Source: Fibrobacterales bacterium
GTDB taxonomy: Bacteria > Fibrobacterota > Fibrobacteria > Fibrobacterales > JAOPTW01
DNA: 64,000 nt
Direction: 5' to 3'
Assembly: GCA_051532035.1 (NCBI GenBank)
Contig: JAOPTW010000047.1
Coordinates: 25,735 to 89,734 of the forward strand
Part shown: positions 38,607-47,723 of the stretch, piece by piece
How positions within the stretch are numbered: the stretch's first letter is position 1
Layout of the letters: every line of letters starts with the position of its first letter
The notes under the pieces: generated by a model
What the model saw: the letters and a program-made list of their open reading frames with translations, nothing else
Databases searched by the model: none
What the model was told of the DNA's origin: nothing
Made by a program: the position numbers and the translations under genes

Positions 38607-39409
38607 TCCACACTACGTTTCTCTTACTCCTTTTCACTGTGTCATTTACCTTTGCTACAAGTAATCACTTTAACTGTGATGTAAGCACCGGCCTTGCCGG
38701 GAGCAGCACCCTAACCGACTCACTCTCTCATGCACTGAGTAATAACCCCGCCATAAGAGTGGCCTCTCAAACAATAGCTCTAGAAATATCGACGTGCTCC
38801 CCCTACTCAGTACCTGGACTTACCCATACACAAGGGGGTATCGCCCTCTCACTCTATGAAATATCTATCGCGCTGCATATGGCTAAAATTGAATCGGCTC
38901 ACCTTTATTCCCAGACTCGTTATGGACTCACCCTTGCCCACACCTTTGGAGGTTGGGCCACTTTTGGACTGCAAAGCATTCTCTTCTCTGAACAATTTCC
39001 TGGTGCACGGTATGTCACCGGAACCCTCAAAATGGGTATGGTAGCAACCCCCTTTACCTATGCGACTCTTGGCATCTCCCTCACCAACATTGCGAGTATT
39101 GCATCACCTATTCGCCAACCAGTGCTAATCTCTATTGGTGCCACCTATGAAGTCACCTCCCAAATCAAGCTTTCAACAGCAATTCGTGAAGGTGAAAATG
39201 GTAACTGGAGAAAAGAGTATGGATTTAGTTGGAACCTGTTCCCCGCCCTTACCCTCCAAATGGGATTCTCTTCTCAACCTTTCACATGGTCTCTTGGAAT
39301 GGTGATCAACCTTTTTAAACAGCGGCCGTTTTATAATAGATCGATACATCCAGAACTTGGTTCGACCAATACTTATGGAATAAAAAGTGTGGTTGATTTA
39401 CAGAAGTGA
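38603..39409 (+). CDS. PorV/PorQ-like outer-membrane barrel
   Basis: Signal peptide, N-terminal NNPA, C-terminal HPELG.T; ATGA overlap with the upstream gene. Confidence 0.6.
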   Translation: MIHTTFLLLLFTVSFTFATSNHFNCDVSTGLAGSSTLTDSLSHALSNNPAIRVASQTIALEISTCSPYSVPGLTHTQGGIALSLYEISIALHMAKIESAHLYSQTRYGLTLAHTFGGWATFGLQSILFSEQFPGARYVTGTLKMGMVATPFTYATLGISLTNIASIASPIRQPVLISIGATYEVTSQIKLSTAIREGENGNWRKEYGFSWNLFPALTLQMGFSSQPFTWSLGMVINLFKQRPFYNRSIHPELGSTNTYGIKSVVDLQK

Positions 39410-39420
39410 CCAGAAAAATA

Positions 39421-40305
39421 TTACGCTACAATATTGAGTTGTCCACCACTCTGAGATTGATATCCGCTAAACCGTTGATTGAGTCCAGACTGTAATGAGC
39501 GAGTAGGCGCTGTCGGTGCTCCTTCGTTTTTCGAAGGATTTTGATTCAGAGATCCTTGCTCTCCTGCCTTGCTATCATTTGAAGATGAAGCTCCGGTGAC
39601 TTCGGTAACACCCTCTTGATTCTCTTCTCGCAATTCCCCACGCGCTTCACTCTCGAGTTGAGATGCTTCTGCTGCAACCTGCCGATCTTTTGATGATGGC
39701 TCTGCGGGGGCAAGGGCTGCTTGTTGTATCTGCTCCGCTTTAGTGATAGTCTCTTCTGGTGTATCACCTTTAGATACATCGATATCCACATGACCACTTA
39801 CTGCATATTGCTTGCCATCTGGGCCACTCTCGTATTCGAGATTTACACCACCACGAGCATTGGGTCCGGCGGCAGCTAAATGAGTCTGTTCATGATTGCG
39901 CACTTCTTGATCACGCACCTTCATCTCTGCTACCTGTGCCTTCTCCTCTTCACTTAATTCTGTATCCTCAACCGGGGTATCTGATACTGACTTCGAGACC
40001 GAGGCCTCTTTGTTGGGTAGAGCACTCTTTGCCGCGCGTGATTCTACCCCTGATACTGTTTCTGGAGCCGGAGTCTGTTGTGAAAGGAGTGCCTGCGCTT
40101 CGGGTGACAGAGCGAGGGTATAGGCATTTTGGGCTATTCCTTCTGTAGCTCCTCTTATAGATTGAGTATTTTGAGCATTCTCTGGAGTTTCACTAAAATC
40201 GACAACTGATTCAGCACCTGAAATAGGCACAGCCTCTCCAGCAGACCCAAAATTATTGGCTCTGAGACCTCGAACAGAAGGATTTAAAACAAAATCAGTT
40301 ATCAT
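39421..40305 (-). CDS. SprA-related (CJM1_0395-type putative metalloprotease) protein
   Basis: RDQEVRNHEQTH, YESGPDGKQYAV.G.V.ID, AALAPAEPS..D..VA; ATG at 40305 with SD GGAG. Confidence 0.88.
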   Translation of the reverse strand: MITDFVLNPSVRGLRANNFGSAGEAVPISGAESVVDFSETPENAQNTQSIRGATEGIAQNAYTLALSPEAQALLSQQTPAPETVSGVESRAAKSALPNKEASVSKSVSDTPVEDTELSEEEKAQVAEMKVRDQEVRNHEQTHLAAAGPNARGGVNLEYESGPDGKQYAVSGHVDIDVSKGDTPEETITKAEQIQQAALAPAEPSSKDRQVAAEASQLESEARGELREENQEGVTEVTGASSSNDSKAGEQGSLNQNPSKNEGAPTAPTRSLQSGLNQRFSGYQSQSGGQLNIVA

Positions 40306-40323
40306 ACAGTGCTCCACTATTAC

Positions 40324-40350
40324 ATATCGGCCCCAACTTCCTAATCTTGA
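40324..40350 (-). promoter_or_regulatory. Sigma28 (FliA)-type promoter
   Basis: TCAAG-N14-GCCGATAT on the minus strand, 18 nt upstream of the ATG at 40305. Confidence 0.75.
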
Positions 40351-40415
40351 GCAATTATTCCAACTTTAGTTCACATTTTTCTTATTTTCCTTTAAACACC
40401 ATTTTTGGGCCAACA

Positions 40416-41234
40416 ATGCCTATTACAACTACAGACATGAGCACTTTTTTGGATACTTACACCCTAAACAATCGGGTCATTGCTATCCATTCTGCATTTT
40501 CAGCCCTATCAAATGGCCACCAGGGCAACGCTATCAGCCCACTCCAACTGTTAGAGCTCTTTCTTGATAGAGGTAATACTATTTTAGTCCCAACTCACTC
40601 TTGGGACTTTCTTACTCCACCGGACAAAATGCACCGCCCCCTACGCAATGCATGGGACTACGATAGCCTATGGAACTATAAGAGCATGCCTCCCTTTACC
40701 CCAGAGACAAAAGTCATTGATTCAGACATGGGAACCTTCTCAAAAACCGTACTCAATCACCCCAATGCTGTCCGCGGCAATAATGCACTGTGTTCATTTA
40801 CTGCAGTCGGCCCCCTTGCCCAAGAAGTGTGTGGCAGTCAAACAAACCTCGATGTATCAGCACCATTAAGAGAGCTCGTCGCCCACTCAGGAATAATACT
40901 TTGTATCGGTGTCCCCCTCACTAAACTTACTCTCATCCACTATGCAGAAGAGTGCATAGGAGGGAAACCCTTTTTAAGGTGGGTAGAGTCATCTGATCAC
41001 AAAACAGTGCCCGTCTCAGTGGGTGGGTGTTCAGAAGGATTTCAAGCACTCTCTCCTATACTGAAAAAAGAGACTATCGAAGTTACTTTGGGGAGTGCTC
41101 AAACCCTAATTATAGACGCTGCTCCAGCGCTCACCTCCCTTACTCAAGGCCTCAAAACACAGCAAGGTATTACACAATGTTCCGATCACTGCCCTGTATG
41201 TAAAGACCGCATTGCCGGTGGCCCTCTCTATTAA
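40416..41234 (+). CDS. AAC(3)/YokD-family N-acetyltransferase
   Basis: IHSAFSAL, TILVPT, MG, SFTAVGPLA, TLIHYAE, GCSEGF. Confidence 0.85.
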   Translation: MPITTTDMSTFLDTYTLNNRVIAIHSAFSALSNGHQGNAISPLQLLELFLDRGNTILVPTHSWDFLTPPDKMHRPLRNAWDYDSLWNYKSMPPFTPETKVIDSDMGTFSKTVLNHPNAVRGNNALCSFTAVGPLAQEVCGSQTNLDVSAPLRELVAHSGIILCIGVPLTKLTLIHYAEECIGGKPFLRWVESSDHKTVPVSVGGCSEGFQALSPILKKETIEVTLGSAQTLIIDAAPALTSLTQGLKTQQGITQCSDHCPVCKDRIAGGPLY

Positions 41235-41257
41235 ATAGGAGGCTCTTACATAAAAAC

Positions 41258-41286
41258 TTCACAATGCACTCAATCTGTGCTATACT
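41258..41286 (+). promoter_or_regulatory. Sigma70 promoter with an extended -10
   Basis: TTCACA-N17-TATACT with TGn before the -10. Confidence 0.65.
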
Positions 41287-41314
41287 CAATTGAACATTTC
41301 ACTGAATAATACTT

Positions 41315-41812
41315 ATGAAAGAAATTACCACTGTTGGCAATGGAAAAATTTTTGAAATCATTCAACGGCTTCCATTTTTTGAACTCTTTGCCCCCCTCGA
41401 GAAAAAGAAGATTGCCTCGTGCTTTACCAACATTTTGCAATATGAAGCGGGCGAAGTTCTTATTGAAGAGAACACCAAAGATACCGTGTTTTATATCTTA
41501 CTTTCGGGGGCAGTATCAGTAACTCACAGTACCCATGCCCAACCTCTTGCCCACCTCAAGCCCGGACAGTTTTTTGGTGAAATTTCATTTCTCACCAACG
41601 CCCCTCGTACCAGTACGGTCAGTGCAACTGTGACATCATTGGTTTTAAAGATTGATCCACTTCTTATGAATAATCTCAGTGCAGAAATCCGAGAGAAGAT
41701 CAAAGACAAGATCATATTTCAACTGATCGAACGAATGAAACTAATGAATACACAGATTCTAGAAACCAATCCCGTTTCGGCGAATAGCGGTGAATATTTT
41801 GAAATTGAGTAG
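41315..41812 (+). CDS. Stand-alone cyclic-nucleotide-binding domain protein
   Basis: FYILLSG.V, G.FFGEISF....PRT.TV.A. Confidence 0.9.
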   Translation: MKEITTVGNGKIFEIIQRLPFFELFAPLEKKKIASCFTNILQYEAGEVLIEENTKDTVFYILLSGAVSVTHSTHAQPLAHLKPGQFFGEISFLTNAPRTSTVSATVTSLVLKIDPLLMNNLSAEIREKIKDKIIFQLIERMKLMNTQILETNPVSANSGEYFEIE

Positions 41813-41845
41813 ATCACATACTCAACACCTTAGACTTTAGATACG

Positions 41846-42877
41846 TTACTGTAACGTATAAGTATCACCCTCTTTGTAGGCTCCCTCAAAAATTTCCATT
41901 TCAGTATACCCAATAACTCCACCTTCTTGGATTGCAATTTCGATACGCCATAGTCCAGTGCGCCATCGAGCTTTTGATGAATAGAAACGCCAGCCAGCAT
42001 CACGTCCCCCTTTAAGAATAAAAGGTATAGTATCTACCAACACCCATTCATCGGTCTCACTATTAAACCACAGCCAGCGGTGCTCTAACGCTGCAGTTAC
42101 CGAGAGCGGTGCAAAAACTGAAGTCATGCACCATATTTTTTCTCCGACTGGAAGAGTAAGAGAATGCTCTTGCAATCCAACACGTTCTAAGAACGATGGT
42201 TCCTGCAGAACACAACTATATTCACTTCCACTGACTCTAAGGTCACGACAAAGCACCTGATCTTTAAGCACAAGGGGCACAGGCGGGATAAGCCCCAATA
42301 CAAAAAGGAGCATGAGCACCCCCGCTACAACCAGTGGTGTACGCAAAGCCACAAGAGGAAGCCTACTTATTTTCAGAAAGTAAAATGAAGGTACAAGGGC
42401 AATTAAGAGGCTTAAAATAAACCAGACAAATGAGAGGGACCCAACCAGATGGGGTATCAGAAAATTGAGATACATGGCTGCACAGAGGGTATAGACCCCT
42501 TGGAGTACTCCTCTTCGATTGAGATGCCCTTCCCAAAACTCATTAATACAGAGTACGACCCCCAATATGGCTACACAGAAATAGGTACCATTGCTGTGAC
42601 TACTCTTAAAATAAAAGACCACAAGAGCACTAAAAAGGCTTCCTTGTAAAAATTGAAGTACCAGTGGGTATTTATCATACCACCGCCACTTTTTTTCGAA
42701 GGAGAGGAGCATGATAAAAAAGCTTGCCCCAATGTAATAGAGCGTTAAAATCCAGAGATCGGTAGCCTCAATTTTAACCCCTAAGGTAATGCTATCCCAA
42801 AGAAAACCGCCAACAAAAGCACCAGCAGGTATAAACCGTCTGTACCGATCAAAAAAACTCAATACTGCTTTTTGCAC
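41846..42877 (-). CDS. Multi-TM membrane protein with a C-terminal DUF2914 domain
   Basis: F..GF.WD..TLG, IPPVPL, VFAP, H.W, GGR..GWR.YS.K, G.WRIE. Confidence 0.82.
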   Translation of the reverse strand: MQKAVLSFFDRYRRFIPAGAFVGGFLWDSITLGVKIEATDLWILTLYYIGASFFIMLLSFEKKWRWYDKYPLVLQFLQGSLFSALVVFYFKSSHSNGTYFCVAILGVVLCINEFWEGHLNRRGVLQGVYTLCAAMYLNFLIPHLVGSLSFVWFILSLLIALVPSFYFLKISRLPLVALRTPLVVAGVLMLLFVLGLIPPVPLVLKDQVLCRDLRVSGSEYSCVLQEPSFLERVGLQEHSLTLPVGEKIWCMTSVFAPLSVTAALEHRWLWFNSETDEWVLVDTIPFILKGGRDAGWRFYSSKARWRTGLWRIEIAIQEGGVIGYTEMEIFEGAYKEGDTYTLQ

Positions 42878-42963
42878 TTTCGTTACTCAACTATCACTCA
42901 ATCAAAGGGGTAATGTAAAAAGATTTCAAGAGAATGTATACTCTCCAATTGGACAAGACAAAA

Positions 42964-42992
42964 TTGCACAATTTCACAAATTATAGTACAAT
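42964..42992 (+). promoter_or_regulatory. Sigma70 promoter of the PilZ gene
   Basis: TTGCAC-N17-TACAAT. Confidence 0.6.
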
Positions 42993-43019
42993 AGTTATAG
43001 AATTTAGCGCGGGTTACCT

Positions 43020-43376
43020 GTGGACAACAAACGATATTTTAGCCGCATACATTTTGAAGGTGTAACAAAAGTCAAATATAGAGACGAACTCTTTGATGCT
43101 GAACTTCATGACCTTTCACTCAAAGGGGCCCTCATTAGTTTTACGTCAGAGCCACCCGTTAAAAATGGTGAAACATGCCATGTAGAACTCACTTTACCTG
43201 CGAGTGATATTCTCCTCTCTTTTGAATGTGAAGCAGTTCACCACCACGAGAATTATATTGGACTCAAATTTTTCTCGATTTCCTCTGAGACTCTTACCCA
43301 TCTTAGAAAAATCATTGAACTCAACCTTGGCGATCATGAAAAAACAACCGAAGAACTCGCTTTTTGGCTAAAATAA
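43020..43376 (+). CDS. PilZ-domain c-di-GMP receptor
   Basis: RYFSR (RxxxR) and DLSLKG (DxSxxG); HLRKIIELNLG. Confidence 0.9.
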   Translation: MDNKRYFSRIHFEGVTKVKYRDELFDAELHDLSLKGALISFTSEPPVKNGETCHVELTLPASDILLSFECEAVHHHENYIGLKFFSISSETLTHLRKIIELNLGDHEKTTEELAFWLK

Positions 43377-43417
43377 ACATCGACACATCGGTAGACCTAT
43401 AAGAGAGGGAACAGGTT

Positions 43418-43789
43418 GTGACTACCCCACAAACAATACTCATTGCAGATGACAACTATGCTACGCAAAAACTGTTATGTACCATATTATCAAAAGAAGG
43501 ATACACCGTTCTCGGGGCATCGAATGGCATTGAAGTGCTCACCCAGTTAAGCCAACAGAACATTCACCTTATTATTATGGATTGTAATATGCCGCAAATG
43601 AATGGACTTGAAGCGACCCAAAAAATCCGTTCTGATATGGCCAATACTGAGACCATAATTGTAGGCAGTACCTCACATACAAAAAATATCGACCTAGAAA
43701 CGTGTCACAAGATGGGAATGGATGACTTCATAGAAAAACCTGTTACTCGAGAAGCGTTACTTTTATGCATAAAAAAATGGGCCGCTTAA
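43418..43789 (+). CDS. Single-domain response regulator
   Basis: ILIADD, IMDCNMP.MNG, KP. Confidence 0.9.
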   Translation: MTTPQTILIADDNYATQKLLCTILSKEGYTVLGASNGIEVLTQLSQQNIHLIIMDCNMPQMNGLEATQKIRSDMANTETIIVGSTSHTKNIDLETCHKMGMDDFIEKPVTREALLLCIKKWAA

Positions 43790-43807
43790 CATACTAAAGC
43801 GGCCCAT
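43771..43807 (-). terminator. Terminator of the TSP3-repeat gene
   Basis: atgggccgctt / aagcggcccat stem with a U-tract on the minus strand. Confidence 0.7.
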
Positions 43808-43825
43808 CTCTTACTATTACATTTA

Positions 43826-45370
43826 TTACTTTCTTCGACGTTTTCTTCGACTCTTTTTCTTCTTCCTTTTCTTTTTCTTTTTCGTTTTAAATTTGGGTTC
43901 TTCATCAGGGCACCCGTCACCGTCGAGGTATCCATTAACAATTTCTGCTTTTAACGGACATTTATCGACAGCATCTGGAACACCATCTTTATCATTATCC
44001 ATATCAGGACACCCATCACCATCTTCGTAATCATCACGATCCTCAGCTTCAAGAGGACATTTGTCAGCGAGATCGAGAATACCGTCTTTATCATTATCAA
44101 ATTCTGGACACCCATCTTCATCTTCAAAAGAGTCGCCATCTTCAGGTTCATTAGGGCATTTATCATCTTCGTCAAGGATGGTATCAAAATCATTATCAAA
44201 CTCTGGGCACCCATCGTCGTCTTCAAAGCCGTCACGATCTTCTGCTTTTAACGGACATTTATCGTTTTGATCGGTAACACCATCACCATCATTATCTGTT
44301 TCAGGACAGCCATCACCATCTTCAAAGCCATCAATATCTTCTCTATCACTCGGACATGAATCCTCTTTATCAAGAATACCATCACCGTCACTATCTTTTG
44401 GTAGAAATGAAACTCCAAATGAGACACCACCAAAAAAGCTCATCTCTGGCACCACTGCATATCCAACAGTCTGACCGTTGATGATAGAGTAACTCGAATC
44501 CTGCATATTTGTACCGAACTTTGCACCAGCAGTAAAAGTGAGATTAAGTTCAGGAACATGGGCCTCTATACCTGCGCTATGTACAATAGGATAGTCGGTA
44601 ACAGGAATCTCTTTCGTTGCATGATTCACCAATACTTCTGTCTCGGCGCTCCAGAAAAGTGAAACATACTTCTTAATATTAACGTCAACACCACCATCAA
44701 GAAGCAATACATTACTCGCGTCTGCCGCGCCAAGTACCAAGCCCCAATTCAAATGGAGATGGAGAGGAAACATACCCTCAATCGCTCCAAAATTCGCAGT
44801 TGTAAGAAGCTTAAGAGTTGTTACGACATTACTATTGCCATAAGGAGTTGTATTACTATCATTTGCATACCATGAATGTCTATTGAAACCGTTAGGATAC
44901 TCGTCTCCGCCTGTTGGAAAATCAAGTTGCAATAAATAAGAGAGTTCAAAGCCTCTTTCATGTGGATACGGTGGGTAATTAAATTTAAATGACGTTTTTA
45001 GATTACCAATGCCAGTTTCTTCTTTGCCCAGTAAATTATCCCGATAGTAAGGAACATACAGTCCCGTCTCCAAGAAAGAAAACAACCCATAAGTCAGGGC
45101 TGCATAACTCGTTTGTCGAATGGCCTCACTACTTGTTGCATGTTCAGTCGTCGCCACACTCCCATTCATATTTTTTACGCCAAGCTCACTTCCGCCTGCA
45201 TGTTCAAAGCCAACGCTCACATTAAGCATTCTGTGTTCAATAGGAATTGCAGACTGAATAGTTCCCGTCCCTGCAGCTCCCTGTCCAAGAGCAGCTGAAG
45301 CAGAAAGTGAAGTAACTGACCCGCTTATTACAATAATAAGGGTAAAAAAGAGTGAAAATAACTGTTTCAT
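43826..45370 (-). CDS. Outer-membrane barrel with thrombospondin type-3 Ca-binding repeats and a polybasic tail; no OmpA domain
   Basis: Signal peptide, barrel-like region, five D.D.DG..D..D.CP...ED.DG..D.DGCP units, terminal KTKKKKKRKKKKSRRKRRRK. Confidence 0.85.
   Translation of the reverse strand: MKQLFSLFFTLIIVISGSVTSLSASAALGQGAAGTGTIQSAIPIEHRMLNVSVGFEHAGGSELGVKNMNGSVATTEHATSSEAIRQTSYAALTYGLFSFLETGLYVPYYRDNLLGKEETGIGNLKTSFKFNYPPYPHERGFELSYLLQLDFPTGGDEYPNGFNRHSWYANDSNTTPYGNSNVVTTLKLLTTANFGAIEGMFPLHLHLNWGLVLGAADASNVLLLDGGVDVNIKKYVSLFWSAETEVLVNHATKEIPVTDYPIVHSAGIEAHVPELNLTFTAGAKFGTNMQDSSYSIINGQTVGYAVVPEMSFFGGVSFGVSFLPKDSDGDGILDKEDSCPSDREDIDGFEDGDGCPETDNDGDGVTDQNDKCPLKAEDRDGFEDDDGCPEFDNDFDTILDEDDKCPNEPEDGDSFEDEDGCPEFDNDKDGILDLADKCPLEAEDRDDYEDGDGCPDMDNDKDGVPDAVDKCPLKAEIVNGYLDGDGCPDEEPKFKTKKKKKRKKKKSRRKRRRK
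43904..44399 (-). repeat. Five tandem 99-bp (33-aa) TSP3 coding repeats; boundaries approximate
   Basis: Recurrent ggacatttatc and ggcacccatc / ggacacccatc motifs at about 99-nt spacing. Confidence 0.8.
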
Positions 45371-45535
45371 ATGATTCCTGAATCGACTGAGAGATTCATC
45401 TTAAAATCTCTATATATCCGGACTATTTGGCTAAAACAGACCGATTCCATGTTATTGAAAAGATAAATTAATTATCTTTCTCGTTACGTACAAATTTAGA
45501 AATAGCCTGTTTTTTACACAAGTAAACGAGACCGT

Positions 45536-47230
45536 ATGCGAGTATCAAAATTATTTTATACCACCCTCAGAGAAACTCCTAGTGATGCAGTGATCCCGAG
45601 CCATATTTATCTGCTTCGTGGAGGCTATATTAAGCAGCTCTCAACAGGTATTTACTCTATTCTTCCCATGGGTCTTAAAGTTCTCAGAAAAATTGAGGCA
45701 ATCATTCGCGAGGAGATGACCGCTATTGATGGTCAAGAGGTGGATCTCCCCGTAGTACACCCCAAAGAACTTTGGCTAGAGGCTGATCGTTACGATGTCA
45801 TCGGCAGTGAATTACTCCGTTTTCAAGACAGAACCAATCACGACATGGTGCTCGCCATGACCCACGAAGAAGCTATCACCGACCTCGCCCGTCATGTACT
45901 CAATTCATACAAGCAGCTCCCTTTTATGCTTTGGCAGTTTAAAACAAAATTTCGAGACGAAGCACGCCCTCGGGGTGGCCTTATACGGGTAAAAGAATTC
46001 ATCATGAAGGATGGCTATAGCTTTCACTCTTCGACCGAAGATCTCGACGCTTACTACACTGGTGCACTCGATGCGTACACCCGCATCTTTAATCGCGTGG
46101 GGATTAATCCAGTGATTGTTGAGTCTGACACAGGAATTATGGGCGGCAAACAGGCTCACGAATTTATGCTCGAGACCCCTAACGGAGAAGACTATCTCAT
46201 ACTCTGTGACGCCTGTGGGTATCAAGCTAATGGTGAGATCGCAGAGTTTGCACGATCAACCGCTAAAGGTGATCTATTAGAACTTAAAAAAGTAGCAACT
46301 CCAGATACCAAAACTATCGATGCCGTTTCTACCCTTCTTAAAGTCACTCCTGAACAGACGCTTAAAGCTGTCTATTATGAATCAGAAGGCAAGCTCTACA
46401 CCTTACTTATTCAAGGGCATTTAGAAGTCAGCGAAATTAAAGTGAAAAATATTTTAAAACTTTCAGAGATTCAACCTGCATCAGAAGAGCTTATTCGTGC
46501 CTGTGGCATGGAGCCAGGCTATGCATCACCTATTGGTGCAAAGGATACCTTCATCATTGCTGATTGGTCAGTTATCGAGAATACTAATCTCGTAACTGGC
46601 GCTAACGAAGAGGGCTTTCACTACCTCAATTCAAATATTGGTCGTGACTATCAGGTTGATAAAAAAGCTGATATCGCTCAAGCCGATTCTGGCTGTGCCT
46701 GTCGCTCATGTGGCGATTCCCTCAGAGCAACCCGTGGTATCGAAATAGGTAATATTTTTAAGCTCGGTACAAAATTTTCTAATGCAATGGGTGCAACCTT
46801 CCTCGACGAATCAGGAAAGAAACGCCCTGTAGTTATGGGCTGCTACGGAATTGGTGTTGGCCGCCTCATGGCAAGTGTTGCCGAGACATATCACGACAAG
46901 TGGGGACTCAAGTGGCCAGCCGCCATTGCCCCTTATTCAATTCTTATCTCTACCATTGGTAAAGAGGAAGAAGGCTTTGAAAAGTCACAGGCACTCTACG
47001 ATACTCTCACTCAAAAAGGTATCGATGTACTCTGGGATGATCGTAAAGAACGCCCCGGTGTAAAATTTAAAGATGCAGACCTTTGGGGCATTCCTCTCCG
47101 TATTACCATCGGCGGTAAAGCACTTCAGGAGGGTGCCTACGAGTGGAAAGTCCGTTCAGCCGAAGATAAAGAGATGATTACCGAAGCCGATATCATGACC
47201 AAAATTGATGAGTATCTTGCACAGGTTTAG
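45536..47230 (+). CDS. proS: Proline--tRNA ligase (bacterial type with INS editing domain)
   Basis: THEE, KFRDEARPRGGLIR, GIEIGNIFKLGTKFS, MGCYGIGVGR. Confidence 0.97.
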   Translation: MRVSKLFYTTLRETPSDAVIPSHIYLLRGGYIKQLSTGIYSILPMGLKVLRKIEAIIREEMTAIDGQEVDLPVVHPKELWLEADRYDVIGSELLRFQDRTNHDMVLAMTHEEAITDLARHVLNSYKQLPFMLWQFKTKFRDEARPRGGLIRVKEFIMKDGYSFHSSTEDLDAYYTGALDAYTRIFNRVGINPVIVESDTGIMGGKQAHEFMLETPNGEDYLILCDACGYQANGEIAEFARSTAKGDLLELKKVATPDTKTIDAVSTLLKVTPEQTLKAVYYESEGKLYTLLIQGHLEVSEIKVKNILKLSEIQPASEELIRACGMEPGYASPIGAKDTFIIADWSVIENTNLVTGANEEGFHYLNSNIGRDYQVDKKADIAQADSGCACRSCGDSLRATRGIEIGNIFKLGTKFSNAMGATFLDESGKKRPVVMGCYGIGVGRLMASVAETYHDKWGLKWPAAIAPYSILISTIGKEEEGFEKSQALYDTLTQKGIDVLWDDRKERPGVKFKDADLWGIPLRITIGGKALQEGAYEWKVRSAEDKEMITEADIMTKIDEYLAQV

Positions 47231-47267
47231 TGAGTATTATTCATAAACTTGATAATTAAAAAAGGGC

Positions 47268-47720
47268 CTACTTTACCGACCGAATCCCCGAGAGTTTGGC
47301 AAGTTTACGTACAATGCCAACATCTTGAGAAAATCGGCGACTCTTTGTCAATACCGCAAGGGTTGCCCCAGTAGGGCTCAATAATACCACTTCAATTTTT
47401 GTTTTAAAAAACGACACATCAATCCCCTCAACTTCTGAAATTGGTATGAAAGACTTTTTCCGAAAGGGAAATTCAACACCAATCGACTCTTTGGAAAAGG
47501 TGAATCGATACGCCATTCGGCGAAAAGTCCCCACAATAGAATAGAGACCGTAAGGAATAAAAAGAAGAAGGAGTGCTTTAAAAAGTGAAAATTCACCGTA
47601 GAGGACTCCTCGATAGACGAAGAGCCCAAAGGCAAATGAAGAAAGGTTTATGAGTACCAACAGGCCCCATAAAAAAATATAATATCGACTCGTTTCGCGA
47701 TGTTCAAGTGCCAGTTCCAA
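47268..47720 (-). CDS. Hypothetical membrane protein (2 TM plus a bPH-like domain)
   Basis: Two TM segments followed by a soluble beta-rich region; directly follows the lipoprotein gene. Confidence 0.55.
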   Translation of the reverse strand: MELALEHRETSRYYIFLWGLLVLINLSSFAFGLFVYRGVLYGEFSLFKALLLLFIPYGLYSIVGTFRRMAYRFTFSKESIGVEFPFRKKSFIPISEVEGIDVSFFKTKIEVVLLSPTGATLAVLTKSRRFSQDVGIVRKLAKLSGIRSVK

Positions 47721-47723
47721 TAG

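Noticed and set aside
39421..40305. 'SprA-related' family name taken as evidence of the T9SS translocon SprA
   Set aside because: The name overlap only; this is a small HExxH protein, not a beta-barrel
43904..44399. Periodic DNA repeats as a CRISPR array
   Set aside because: They are in-frame coding TSP3 repeats with degenerate codons; no cas genes
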